NCBI RefSeq assembly: GCF_036588685.1 | Contig: NC_086380.1 | Span: 10,469,347-10,533,346, forward strand | DNA: 64,000 nucleotides | Reading direction: 5' to 3' | DNA from: Mytilus trossulus | Taxonomy: Eukaryota | Shown here: piece after piece, positions 35,520-48,828 of the stretch | Numbering within the stretch: position 1 is the stretch's first letter | Layout: each line of letters opens with the position of its first letter | Translations under genes and position numbers: made by a program | The notes under the pieces: model-generated | What the model was told of the DNA's origin: nothing | Seen by the model: only the letters and a program-made list of their open reading frames with translations | Database searches by the model: none

Positions 35520-35580
35520 GTGAGCTTTTCTCATCACTTGGCGTCCGTCGTCGTCGTCCGTCGTCGTCGTCCGTCGTCGT
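35520..35580. repeat. Microsatellite (GTCGTC/GTCCGTC)n
   Basis: gcgtccgtcgtcgtcgtccgtcgtcgtcgtccgtcgtcgtt, immediately 5' of the 490-bp satellite. Confidence 0.8.
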
Positions 35581-37560
35581 TAACTTTTACAAAAATCTTC
35601 TCCTCTGAAACTACTGGGCCAAATCAAACCAAACTTGGCCACAATCATCATTGGGGTATCTAGTTTAAAAAATGTGTGGCGTGACCTGGTCAACCAACCA
35701 AGATGGCCGCCACGGCTAAAAATAGAACATAGGGGTAAAATGCAGTTTTTGGCTTATAACTCAAAAACCAAAGCATTTAGAGCAAATCTGACATGGGATA
35801 AAAATGTTTATCAGGTCAAGATCTATCTGCCCTGAAATTTTCAGATGAATCGGTCAATAGGTTGTTGGGTTGCTGCCCCTGAATTGGTAATTTTGAAGAA
35901 ATTTTGCTGTTTTTGGTTATTATCTTGAATATTATTATAGTTAGAGATAAACTGTAAACAGCAATAATGTTCAGCAAAGTAAGATCTACAAATAAGTCAA
36001 CATGACCTAAATGGTCAGTTGACCCGTTTAGGAGTTATTGCCCTTTATAGTCAATTTTTAACCATTTTTCGTTAATTAAAGTAATCTTTTACAAAAATCT
36101 TCTCCTCTGAAACTACTTTGCCAAATTAATCCAAACTTGGCCACAATCATCTTTGGGGTATCTAGTTTAAAAAATGTGTGGCGTGACCTGGTCAACCAAC
36201 CATGATGGCCGCCACAGCTAAAAATAGAACAAAGGGGTAAAATGCAGTTTTTGGCTTATAACTCAAAAACCAAAGCATTTTGAGGAAATCTGACATGGGA
36301 TAAAAATGTTTATCAGGTCAAGATCTATCTGCCCTAAAATTTTCAGATGAATCGGTCAATCGGTTGTTGGGTTGCTGCCCCTGAACTGGTAATTTTGAGG
36401 AAATTTTGCTGTTTTTGGTTATTATCTTGAATATTATTATAGATAGAGATAAACTGTAAACAGCAATAATGTTCAGCAAAGTAAGATCTACAAATAAGTC
36501 AACATGACCAAAATGGTCAGTTGACCAGTTTAGGAGTTATTGCCCTTTATAGTCAATTTTTAACCATTTTTCGTAAATTAAAGTAATCTTTTACAAAAAT
36601 CTTCTCCTCTGAAACTACTTGGCCAAATTAATCCAAACTTGGCCACAATCATCTTTGGGGTATCTAGTTTAAAAAATGTGTGGCGTGACCTGGTCAACCA
36701 ACCAAGATGGCCGCCACCGCTAAAAATAGAACATAGGGGTAAAATGCAGTTTTTGGCTTATAACTCAAAAACCAAAGCATTTTGAGGAAATCTGACATGG
36801 GATAAAAATGTTTATCAGGTCAAGAACTATCTGCCCTCAAATTTTCAGATGAATCGGTCAATCGGTTGTTGGGTTGCTGTCCCTGAATTAGTAATTTTGA
36901 GGAAATTTTGCTGTTTTTGGTTATTATCTTGAATATTATTATAGATAGAGATAAATTGTAAACAGCAATAATGTTCAGCAAAGTAAGATCTACAAATAAG
37001 TCAACATGACCAAAATGGTCAGTTGACCCCTTTAGGAGTTATTGCCCTTTATAGTCAATCTTGAACCATTTTTCATAAATCTAAGTAATCTTTTACAAAA
37101 TCTCCACTGAAACTACTAGGCCACAATCATCTTTGGGGTATCTAGTTTGAAAAATGTGTATGATGACCTGGCCATTCAACCAAGATGGCCGCCACGGCTA
37201 AAAATAGAACATAGGGGTAAAATGCAGTTTTTTGCTTATAACTCAAAAACCAAAGCATTTAGAGCAAATCTGACATGGGATAAAAATGTTAATCAAGTCA
37301 ATATCTATCTGCCCTGAATTTTTCAGATGAATTGGACAACTGGTTGTTGGGTTGCTGCCCTCCAATTGGTAATTTTTAAAGAAATTTTGCCGTTTTTGGT
37401 TATCTTGAATACTATTATAGATAGCGATAAACTGTAAACAGCAATAATGTTCAGCAAAGTAAGATCTACAAATAAGTCAACATGACCTAAATGGTCAATT
37501 GGCCCCTTAAGGAGTTATTGCCCTTTATAGTCAATTTTTAACAATTTTCATTAATTTGGT
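35580..37560. repeat. Satellite with units of about 490 bp, roughly 4 copies
   Basis: Unit starts recur at about 35580, 36078, 36570 and 37060 (aatcttttacaaaaatcttctcctctgaaactact.ggccaaat.aa.ccaaacttggccacaatcatc.ttggggtatctagtttaaaaaatgtgtggcgtgacctggtcaaccaacca.gatggccgccac.gctaaaaatagaac...). The last unit has small deletions. The ORF 35635..35835 lies inside one unit and is probably spurious. Confidence 0.85.
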
Positions 37561-38072
37561 AAATTTATGTAAATTTTTACCAAATATAGTTCTCTGTTAC
37601 TAATGGGCAAAGTTCATGATAGATATAATTGTAAGAAGCAAAATCGTTCAGTAAAGTAAGAACTTCAAACACATCACCATCACCAAAATACAATTTTGTC
37701 ATGAATCCATTTGTGTCCTTTGTTTAATATGCACATAGACCAAGGTGAGCGACACAGGCTCTTTAGAGCCTCTAGTTTTATAATGAACTAAGTATAAAAC
37801 ATAAGTAATGATCATTTCAATGGATGAAATGAAATAGCACTGACATAGTTTGTGAAGGATAAATTGTTTTTCTTCGGCTTCAGGTAAAATTTAATACTTA
37901 TGTATCCTTAGATTTCCTTTTTCTAAAAGCAACACAATGTTACATCAAAACCTTGTTTGAAATTTGATTTTTATTAACTCTCTGTATGAATATTTGAATT
38001 CAAACCATTCAACATTTAATGCTTACTTTTTATTGATAAATTTAACTGTATTGTGTTTCTCCAAAAACAATC

Positions 38073-40606
38073 CTTTGCTTTATATATGGACCATAATTTG
38101 GTATTCGGCCTTTGGTTTCTTTTTGTATCCTTTTTTATAAGTTCTTTAATTTTAACTTTTATTTTGTGGGTTGTGTTGGTGTTAGAATAGTATGAATGGA
38201 AAAATTGAGTTTTTCGAGAAAAAATTTATACATTTTGATTCACCGTTTACGTGACATGAAACCAAACAGGAAACCAATCTTATTTTTCTTTATTTTGCAC
38301 AATATAATTCAAAAGGCATAAATAAACATCATTACTAGTGTAACTTGCTTCATGTTAATATTTAAAATCTATTTTCAATGTTATATTAAAGGTTTTTTTA
38401 AACCTGACAGGAAACCATAAGAAACCAAAAGCATTTTTTTAGTTTTATTTTATTGCAAAATCTGCTTAAAATAATCTGAACAGTATACTTTTTCTTAAAA
38501 TCCATCTTGAATGTAACAGTATTATAAAACTCCTAAATATGTGCTTGTTTTGAAAACAATTAGTACAATTTATTCAGAATTTTCCATATTTTCTTCATTG
38601 ATACAGGATACCATAATCGTTGTATCTTGATGTTTAAGCCAAAAAAATGTATTTATATTTGGTTTTGATATTCCAGTTATATACAATTTATTCCAAATCA
38701 TCATGATCATTGGCAATGTAACATTCTTTAAATCCAGTAAAGAAAAAAACTTTTAACTTGGAATTAAAATCTTTAAAATAGGCACAATGTGATACTTGTG
38801 ACCTGTACACTATCTACATGGTTTCCACATTTTAACCTACTTTAGTGGGCTAAAATCTATAAAGTACTTCCTTTCAAGTCATGCATGGTAAAAGTTTACT
38901 TCTCCTTTGACAAGTTTATTGCGTTTCTGATAAGTGTTTGCAGAACATGATTAAAAAATATTAATTAAAAACTGTGACAAAGATTCCAACTTTGTACATT
39001 CCAAGTGTAACGGTATATTAACATGTATTTTTTATTAAATCATATTTATTCACCTAAAATATCCAGTAATATTTACTGCTAAAATTAAATCTATCCAACG
39101 AGCATTGGTACAATGATAAGAGACGTAATTTGGATTGATTTTTCCAAGGACTCTTCACGTCATTATCGGGAAACGAAGTGTGTTCTAACGTCTGTCAAAT
39201 ATGAAATCGATTTTGTCAAGTCATTGGGCATTTATTTTCACACAGGATCGTATGTAACATTATGCACATAGGAAAAATAACAGACCACCGGCGCAATCTC
39301 TTTGACAATTGTATTTTCCTCTTTTAAACAAGACGAAACAAGTCTACAGATTATGTTTGCTAACATCCCGTTGGAAACAAAAACAATGTTTAGACCTAGT
39401 ATTTCGTACATCTGGCCGTAATGGCGTTATCACATGGAAGTCACATGTTTCACGTATGACCGGAAATGGTTATAACTTAAGGACAAAAACAATTTTAATA
39501 AATAACTGGACTTCTGTTTTGTGTGAAATGTAACGCATAACGACAACATAATTTTCTTACTTAATTATTACGAAGATCAAAACAAGAATGTAAATCATCT
39601 CGGATTTACCTGTTTGAACATCTCGCGAGAGTTCATATTTGCATATTGTTTTTAAGAATTCTATTACAACAAAGCAGATTACATCATTTAAAAATTGCGT
39701 TATGATATCGGACACAAAAATCACGCCACTGTTCTTCAAAATTGTTTTTGTCCTTAAGTTCTAATCATTTCCGGTCAAACGTGAAACATGTGACTAACAT
39801 GTGATCACGCCATTACAGCCCGACATACGATATACTAGTTCTAAACATTGTTTTTGTTTCCAACGGGATGTTAGCAAACATAATCTGTACACTTGTTTCG
39901 ACTTGTTTAAAAAAGGAAAATACAATTTTCAAAGAGATTGCGCCGGGGGTCTATTATTTTTCCTATGTGCATAATGTTACAAACGATCTTGTGTGAAAAT
40001 AAATGCCCAATGACTTGACAAAATCGATTTCAGATTTGACCGACGTTTAAACACACTACGTTTCCCAATAACGACGTAAAGGGTCCTTGGAAAATTCAAT
40101 CGAAATTACGTCTCTTATCATGGTGCCAATGTTCGTTGGATTGATTTTGCTTCAGCAGTAAATATTACTGGATATTTTAGGTGAATAAAGATAATTAAAT
40201 GAAAAATGCATGTTAATATACCGTTACACTTGGAATGTACAAAGTTGGTATCTTGTCAAAATTTTTTTTTTTTTTTTTTTATTCATGTTCTGCAAACACT
40301 TAAACTTGTCAAAGGAGAAGTAAACTTTTACCATGCATGACTTGAAAGGAAGTACTTTATTGATTTTAGCCCACTAAAGTAGGTTAAAATGTGGAAACCA
40401 TGTAGATGGTGTACAGGTCACAAATATCACATGATGCCTATTTTAAAGATTTTAATTCCAAGTTAAAAGTTTTTTTCTTAACTGGATTTAAAGAATTTTA
40501 CATTGCCAATGATTTGGAATAAATAAGAGTTAAAGTTTTAGAACTTATAAAAAAGGATACCAAAAGAAACCAAAGGCCGAATACCAAATTATGGTCCATA
40601 TGGGAA
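38073..40606. mobile_element. Large foldback / inverted-repeat structure of about 2.5 kb with roughly 870-bp arms
   Basis: Left arm 38073-38165 plus 38690-39500. The right arm 39740-40606 is its reverse complement; for example 38960-39480 matches 39760-40260, and the termini are atatggaccataatttggtattcggcctttggtttc and gaaaccaaaggccgaataccaaattatggtccatat. The spacer is about 240 bp (39500-39740). The left arm carries an extra roughly 525-bp segment (38165-38690) absent from the right arm. Confidence 0.8.
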
Positions 40607-41250
40607 ACGTTCTCTTTCTTTAGTTTGCCTCAACCAAATGTTATAAAACAATTTAACTTATACACTGCTCATTCCACTAAACTCTTATCAATTTAAAATT
40701 TGAGTTGGGTCACTTTTACTATTCTTGAGAAATGCTCTGTTATAAACATGATAAATGGTTTCCATTCTCAAACTTTAATTTGCCTGTGTGGGTTCACTTT
40801 TACCCTTATGGAGTAATGTCCCTTTATATGTGGTAAAAGATTTTCAAATTTGGTTGGGGTCACTTTTATCTTTCTTAAGAAATGATCAATTATAGAGCAA
40901 AAATGGATGAATTTGAAAGTTTCTGTTCTCCAACTTTAGTTTGTCTGTGTGCGATCACTTTCACTCTTTTAGAGTTATGTCCCTTTTATATATGGAAAAG
41001 TTATTTAACTTAAGTTTGCCTCAACAAATGTTAAAAAATTTATACAATGCTTATTACCACAAAACACTGATCAGTGTCGAATTTGGGTGGCATCACTTGA
41101 ACAGTTTTCTAGTTATGAATCGTTATCTACAAGCAGTGACATCATCTGTGTCCCATGGGCACATTCTCCAGTTTTCTTTTTTATCAAGTGGAAGAATGCA
41201 GTTAGAAAAAGAATTTACAGATAATGTTATTAAGTCCAGGGGCATGTAAT
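40600..41250. repeat. Interspersed repeat built of about 170-bp subunits (....ttgcctcaac.aaatgtta.aaa..tatacaatgcttattaccacaaaac.c.gatc)
   Basis: Internal subrepeats are visible. A second copy of the family lies at 55080-55570. Confidence 0.7.
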
Positions 41251-41469
41251 ATTCACAATATCACACTGTATAAGTGGTAGACTGAAAATTATTGCAGATA
41301 CATGTACAAGCATTTCCTAATTTGTATTTGCTTATACAAATACATGAAATATGAAACATCTTATTAAAGAAAGCTCAATTATGAACATAAGTCAATATTA
41401 GTATAGATAGAACAAATAATAACTTTTTACACGCTCGAAAAAATTTTGACGGGACGTATTATGGTATAC

Positions 41470-41520
41470 AAATGTCCGTTGTCTGTACCTCTGTCTGCCT
41501 GTCTGTCTGTCTGTCTGTCC
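41470..41520. repeat. Microsatellite (TGTC)n
   Basis: ctctgtctgcctgtctgtctgtctgtctgtcc. Confidence 0.8.
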
Positions 41521-41809
41521 GGTGTAAACATGTCGCATCCTAACTTGAGAACAACTTATCAAAATTTCATCAAACTTAATATAGTTGTTTCTTATGATGG
41601 TCAAACAATCTGTATACTTTTTGGTGAAAATTAGATTAAAACTTTTTGAGTTTTTACGGGACTTTGTAACTAAAACAGGGGTGTTTTTTTTCTCACAATA
41701 ATAATAAAATTTGTCTCACTGTATCTCAAAAACAGTTTATGATTATTGCTTAAAACTTTACAAACTTCTTAGTTGTATTAATCTTAAGATATAAAATTGA
41801 GAATGGAAA

Positions 41810-42300
41810 TGGGGAATGTGTCAAAGAGACAACAACCCAACCATAGAAAAAAAAACAACAGCAGAAGGTCACCAACAGGTCTTCAATGTAGCGAGAAATT
41901 CCCGCACCCAGAGGCGTCCTTCAGCTGGCCCCTAAACAAATATATACTAGTTCAGTGATAATGAACGCCATACTAATTTCCAAATTGTACACAAGAAACT
42001 AAAATAAAAATAATACAAGGCTAACAAAGGCCAGAGGCTCCTGACTTGGGACAGGCGCAAAAATGCCGCGTGGTTAAACATGTTTATGAGATCTCAACCC
42101 TCCCCCTAGCCAATGTAGAAAAGTAAATGCATAACAATATGCACATTTAAAATTCAGTTCAAGAGAAATCGAGTCTGATGTCAGAAGATGTCACAAAAGA
42201 AAATAAACAAAATGACAATAATACATAAATAACAACAGACTACTAGCAGTTAACTGACATGCCAGCTCTAGACTTCAATTTAACTGATTGAAAGATTATG
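41810..42300 (-). mobile_element. 5'-truncated copy of the retrotransposon 3' tail seen at 1040-1570 (SINE-like), sitting between about 150-bp direct repeats
   Basis: It is the reverse complement of 1080-1570, from ...gaatggaaatggggaatgtgtcaaagagacaacaacc... through ggctaacaaaggccagaggctcctgacttgggacagg.gcaaaaatg.cgc. Flanking direct repeats lie at 41590-41760 and 42310-42440 (ggtga..att..a.t.......ctgtatctca.aaac..tttatgattattgc.taaaact). Confidence 0.6.
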
Positions 42301-44720
42301 ATTTCATCATGTATAGTTTTTGGTGATGATTCAAATTTTATTTATGAGTTATTGAATTTTTTGTTAAAAAATGTGTGTTTTCACATGTCGCGCTGTATCT
42401 CAGAAACTATTTATGATTATTGCATAAAACTTACACACAAGACAACGGGCGTATCATGCGATCATGGCACAGCTGTTTATTAAAAATCTCACTACAATTA
42501 TTACTAAACAAGTATCAAAATATTTTGTGTTCCAAGGGGAGTAACTCTAGTATTACATAGAAATAAAAATCAGTTTATCACTGTAGATATTCATGTACAT
42601 TATAAATAGACAACAATAAAAAAAAACATTGAAATCGTTTGCTCTAAGTAAAAAATACATTTTAAGGAACTTATAGATAGATATAGGAAGATGTGGTGTG
42701 AGTGCCAATGAGACAACTCTCCATCCAAATAACAATTTAAAAATTAAACCATTATAGGTTAAATTAGTGTATTCATTACTTAAAAACCACATAAAGTGAG
42801 AATTACAATGTAATAAGTTTAGCTTTAAATAGTAATGTTTCTAATTAAACAGTTGTACACTAATTATATATAAGTCCTTCCTTCAAATAGAAAATTTCAG
42901 GAGGTGGAATAGAAAATGTTACTCATCTTCAACATTGTTCCACTGAATTTATTTATATAGGAGTTTTTGGTATAGATGCATCTACCAATTTCAAAATGAA
43001 GTTTATGACTGCTGATTCTGAACCTTGTCATTATCACTACTTACAATAATTATAGGTCAAAGTATGTCTTCAACAGGGAGCATTGGCTCACACCGAACAG
43101 CAAGCTATAAATGGCCCCAAAAAATTACTAGACTAAGTGTAAAACCATTCAAACTGGAAAACAAACTTCCATCTATACATTTATATATCATTATTTTTTT
43201 TTTTCAGTTTTGCAAATTGCAATATAGGGAATATCAATATGCAATACAAGGACAGCATGGTTATAATGGTTAGAAGTTTAAAAGAAGACCTTTGTACTAG
43301 TATATATCAATACTAACCATATAATAGTATGTATTATGTACATTTTGTAATTATGGTATTTGGACAATGGACAAAATTATGGATGCAAATGTGTTGTCTC
43401 CCTTGTGGTTTATAGCATATCTCAAATGAAAGTCTTCTTGTCTTACTTTGACTAGTCTGTGGTTCTCTCCAAGCACTTGGCCTTTTCTGTCATTAAAAGC
43501 TGGCCACAATGACTAAACTAAGAATGCCGGTGTTCAACACCAACCAATCCTAAATGAATCTACAATCAAATTTAAAAACAAATTAGGTGGCAAGATTTAT
43601 CTTAGAAGAAGATGACAATGCTCCAATCTACACAAGACAATTTCGCATATATACAAAAAATGTAAATTTCATATAAAGGAGTAGGGGCAAAAAGGCCTGT
43701 ATTTGGCCCAAAAATTACTGCAAATTTAAAAGTTATCTTACATTTTCTTAAATTACTGAAAACTTGACTAAGGTACAAGGTATTCAAAAAAACAAAACAA
43801 ATTTGTCATTGAACAAGTGACCATGGCAACAAATCATGACTTAATTTGCATATTTTGTAAAATTCCATATTTTCCTTGATTTTCATCGAATTTTAAGTAT
43901 ATTTTAGATTGAAAAAGTATGTGCGCACCCAAGAAACAACTTTATATTTGGTGAGATTATGTCAATAGTTATAATAAAGCTTCTGTTAAATTATTTTGTT
44001 GTTTTTTGGCTGCGCACAGTGTTTCCTCAACGGAAATAAAGATAGAAAACTGCATATATCATGTATATATTCTGTATTTTTCATCGGTTTTGTGAAAACA
44101 GTACATGTTATGAGGTAATTGTGACGTCATCAGGTAAAAATCCTTATGTTTTTCATTTATATTTCTTGACCCTATGCATTTCTAAACATTATATGCCAAT
44201 TTGAAATAGTTATCAAACATTTGATTTTCTTGGGCCAAAATCAGGCCTTATTGCCTGTACTCCTTTCACCTCAAATGAGTTTATGTGTGAATCTCACATA
44301 TAAGCTCACCTAGGAACAGTATACTAATATATATGCATGTTCCTGCATGATCCAAGTAAAAGCAAACAATGTTTTTCACAATACTTTTTCTGAAGGTGAA
44401 TATGCTGTTTTATTCAAATTATTATTCATATATATCGAAACAACCACTCAAGTTTTATTAATATTGAATAATGAAGAATATTCAACTCACAACCATCACC
44501 ACTGACAATTAACTCATGTCCTAAATGCATTCACAAATTCATTCATGAGTAGTTCCATCCCTCATTGCATTTTTTTATTCTTTTTTTTACTTTTCCATTA
44601 AATAGTATTCATGTTTTTCAATAAATATCTTTAAATAATAAACACTGTATTTTATGTTATGAGTGTATAATAGATAGTAAAATAACCATACATTTTTAGG
44701 TACATGTAACATAGATTGGA

Positions 44721-46013
44721 ATGGATGAAGTGATCAGTGTTTCTGTACCGGGATATAAAGATCAAGTATTCCACTCACTGCATCAGTTACAGCAAAGGGG
44801 AGTTAACTGTGATGTAACACTACAAGCATGTGATGGCACTGCAAATATACACAGCATTATCTTAGCAGCCAACAGCGAAAAACACATCTACAGCAAGATA
44901 TCACAAACAAATGAAAACCATCAAGTTGACTGTACAAAATACCAAATTCATGTAATTAAAGCTGTCGTGATATTTTTATATTCTGGAGAATTAGTTATTG
45001 AAAAAAGTTTTTACAATGATCTTGTACAACTCTGTAAAGACTTATATTTAAGCTCTGCATGTGATTCATTTAATCACCAGTATCAAATTACAAAGGTACA
45101 TCCTAGTACTTATGATAAAGATGGTGTCAAAGAGAAAACAGTTTTTGAAAGAGAACTATACATTCACTCAAATAATAGTAATTCATCTTATGAAAGCACC
45201 AGTACAATTCCTTTAGGAAATGATGATCTTCCAGCTACACCAATGAAAACAGTCAGCAGAGGTGACAGTTTGTACCTGAAGGTGACTGATCTTAAAAATG
45301 ATCAGGGAACCAGTAGTGATGACAATAACATGGAAACCAGCTCAGTTGAATATGGTTGCACCAATGACTCTAGACCCTCCAGTTCTTCACTTGGTGAAAA
45401 CCTTATAAATCAAATAGAAAATATTGTAATGCAATGTGTTGATAATGAAAAAAAAGAAAAAAAAGGGGATGTATTTCCAGTGTTAACAATGGATAATGAT
45501 AGCTCACCTGAAAATTCTGAAAAATCTGACAGTAAATCAAAATGTGAAGTGACAAAATGTCCAAGCTTTAATCAAAATAATACATCTTTAGGTAGAAAGG
45601 CTACTAAAAGACCTTCTAGATCATTAAGTTCAGATACAAAGGAAAAGCCATCTAGAAAACAGAAAAAGACATCATTGAATAAGAAGAGAAAAGTAACAAA
45701 GTTTATTAAAAGTAATAAACGCCAGAGAAATAATGACAATGATGAAGATGCCAAAGATCATCAGGACTATGATATGACTGATGACACAACAAGCCTTAAA
45801 CCTAAAAAACAATGGAAATGTACCAAGTGTAATCTTATATTTCAGTCATTTTCAGAACGAGCAGAGCACATGAGGAAGCTTCACAAACCATATCCCTGTG
45901 AACTGTGTGATTGGGTGGGCGTTCAGCCACATCTGTACGCCTCACATATGTATGGTCAACATAAAGTTGTTATATACTCAGAAAGATATCCATTGGTTCA
46001 ATGTGATTTTCAG
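44721..46013 (+). CDS. BTB/POZ + C2H2 zinc-finger protein, exon 1: BTB domain, Ser/Lys-rich linker, ZF1-2 and the start of ZF3
   Basis: An in-frame stop lies immediately upstream of the ATG. The BTB signature is FHSLHQLQQRGVNCDVTLQACDGTANIHSIILAANSEKHIY...VIKAVVIFLYSGELVIEKSFYNDLVQLCKDLYL. The fingers are WKCTKCNLIFQSFSERAEHMRKLH and YPCELCDWVGVQPHLYASHMYGQH. The donor cag|GTATGT at 46013/46014 is phase 0. Confidence 0.8.
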
Positions 46014-46640
46014 GTATGTTCATACATGTGTGTTCAACATATAGTTATTATAAAACTAGAAAGATATCCATTAGTTCAGGTTTGTTCATACATGTGAGGT
46101 CAATATAAAGTTGTAACATATACGATACCCAGAAAGATATCTATTATATCCACGAGTTCAGTTATTATAAACATTGTACCTAGAAAGATATCCACGAATT
46201 CAGTGTGATGTTCTTGTTACAAGAATCTGAATTCGTGGATATCTTTCTAGGTACAATGTTTATAATAATGTATGTTCAAACATGTACATGTGAGGTCAAC
46301 ATGAAATTGTTATATACTCAGATATCCATTGGTTCAGTGTGATGGTCAGATATGTTCATACATATGACTCATTATGAGGTCAACATAAAGTTATTATAAA
46401 CCCAGAAAGATATCCATGAGTTCAGTTATTATATACATTGTACCTAGAAAGATATCCATGAGTTCAGTGTGATGTTCTTGTATGTATTTGAGGTCAAAAT
46501 AAAGTTATTATATACCTAGAAGGAAAGTCATTGGTCAGTATGATAGTTTGGAAAGATTCAAACGAGTGGGGTCATTATAAAGTTTTTGTAATCAATTGGT
46601 TCAGTGTGATGTTTAGGCATGAAATTGAGAATGGAAATGG
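45940..46640. repeat. Minisatellite of about 65-70 bp (gttcatacatgtgaggtcaacataaagtt.ttata.ac.cagaaagatatcca..agttcagtgtgatg) overlapping the 3' end of exon 1 and extending into intron 1
   Basis: About 9 variant units. One unit pair (46170-46255) forms a perfect 28-bp inverted repeat (gtacctagaaagatatccacgaattcag ... ctgaattcgtggatatctttctaggtac). Confidence 0.75.
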
Positions 46641-47302
46641 GGAATGTGTCAAAGAGACAACAACCTGACCATAGAACAGATAACAGCAGAAGGTCACCAA
46701 TAGGTCTTCAATGCAGAGAGAACCTCCTGCATGTTCATACATATGAGGTCAATTCATAAAATTATTTTACTGTACAAAATATTTGAATTAAGTAAAGGGT
46801 TTTTCAGCTTACATGGGACATTTAGTGTCATGTTTTAAGCTTTTTAAAACATACTACTTGATGCTAAAATGTTAGTCATCTGTTTGTAGTAATCATGACT
46901 GTTTCTAAACTTCATAAAATACCTTAAAAGGTTTCTTCTGAAACCATTATGAGATTCGTACAAGATGGTCCAAATTTGGTCATCCCTTAATTGTTATTGT
47001 CCGTCTGTGAATTGCATCAGGGAGGGAAAAAGTTGTCCAAATTCACTCACTAAATATCTTGATTTGGTTTGGATATACAAAAATTGCTTAATTTAAGGGC
47101 CACTCACGGGTGAGTCTCATGTTCATGAAATGCCCATCTGGTGTAGAAAGTTATAAGCCTGGCATCTTTGATGTGCTGCTGCCAGTAAATTACATGACCT
47201 CAATATATTTTGGCTATACTCGTAAATGAATATAAATATTCTTACAATTGTTACTGAGTTAACATATACGAAGTTATTTTTCCCTCTGTTTTTTTTATGC
47301 AG

Positions 47303-47512
47303 GGATGCACATATAAATGTTTGAACATAAATATGAAAGATCATATGAGATGTCATAAGTATAAGAAAGAGAAGTTAGTATGTCATGTTTGTGGAATGGA
47401 GTTCACATCAGAAGGAGGCTTACGTGCTCATTCATCATACCATAAAGAAGAGGAAATGAAGTTTAAATGTAAAGAATGTGATAAAGTATTTGGATGGAAA
47501 CATGAACTAAGT
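47303..47512 (+). CDS. BTB-ZF exon 2 (ZF3 completion, ZF4, start of ZF5)
   Basis: Acceptor tttttttatgcag|GG and donor agt|GTAAGT. The reading is GCTYKCLNINMKDHMRCH, VCHVCGMEFTSEGGLRAHSSYH and FKCKECDKVFGWKHELS. ZF5 is completed by exon 3 as ...KHLTAEH, giving C-x2-C-x12-H-x4-H across the junction. Confidence 0.8.
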
Positions 47513-48828
47513 GTAAGTGTAAATATCATTGAATCAATTGATTGTTTGGGTCTATTTTATGGACAATTTACAATTTGTTTTGTATAAACAGAGAATAGAT
47601 ACATACATATGTGCAGTGGCAGATCCAGAAATTTTCATAAGTGGAGGCCCACTGATCCTCTTGAGAGGGAGCCCGCTCTGGTCATGCTTCAGTGATTCCC
47701 TATATATTCAACCAAATTTTTCCTAGAAAACAAGGGGCCTGGGCACCCCCTCTAAATCCACCTCCGATGTGTATCATCATTTTATAGCAAAGCCAAAAGT
47801 ATAAAAGTAATCTGAATTTAATGTCATTTCATTGCTCTATATTAGGTCATGGAGACTAAAATTATAAATTTTATCAAGTTGCAATTAGATATCTTCTTCT
47901 TACTGTTGGACGTCCATGACCAAAAATGACTTGTCTTGTCTTAGTGAGAACCCTGTGCTGGGCCCTCTGGAAAACACCCTAAATCTGCCTCTAATAAAGT
48001 GGACTAGAAAGGATAATGATACATTGTGATATATGAATTGAAAACACCAAATGAATACAAACGCATTTGCCGTTTTTACCCAAAAGCAAACAGTACTTTG
48101 CTGTTCTACATCTCAAAGTCACATGTTGGTCTTCAACATCGAGAATTGCATTCACACCTTACTAAAATTTCAAGATGGTTTCTATAACCATTTTGGGTAG
48201 ATTTCTTTAGGGTCAAGGTTGCAAAAACTGAAAATAAACAAATCAGTGATGTAAAAAAGAATTCAACAAGATAGTTGTTGAGTTAAAACCCAATTTGGTC
48301 ATAGGGTCAGTCACAAATAATGAAATTAATTCTCCTCTTTATTATGAGGTCAACTTGAGTATATAGCCATATATACCACATGCATCAAAAACATTTATAA
48401 TATATTTGTGGATATATATTCCATAATTGGTCCTAGTTCAAAGTCTTTGATACTGAAAAAAAATTCTGAAGAAAATGCAACCACCCACAATTTGTTATAT
48501 GGAACAGCCTTTGTCTAAGTTTACAATTTCATGATTTAGTCAATTCCATACCTAGGTTTCATTGTTAGTGTGTTAGTTTCCTAGTTTTGTCTCAATTATG
48601 AATTGAACAGTTTTTTCTTCAATTTTCACATTTTCTGCATGAATTGTTTTGCTTCACGTTGATTGCATATAAAGTTACATTGGTTAATGCAAATAACAAA
48701 TAATTCTTAGTTGTACATTTGATGCATGAGTTTCCTAGCTTTAGTTTCACAGCAATGCTTAATTATTTTTAATTATATTTAGCCTTAGGTTTTCAAGCTA
48801 AGTTTGACATAAAATACTCAATTTGAAT

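Noticed and set aside
39309-39739. Two ORFs (74 and 60 aa) in the spacer/inner arm of the 38073-40606 foldback as a possible transposase remnant
   Set aside because: They are too short, have no catalytic motifs (no DDE/DDD spacing visible), and partly lie within inverted-repeat arm sequence.
46170-46255. piggyBac-like terminal motif CCTAGAAAGATA in a 28-bp inverted repeat
   Set aside because: The match is 12 of 13 bases. The IR units are simply adjacent inverted minisatellite units and no TTAA flanks are evident, so it is kept only as a low-confidence remark within another finding.
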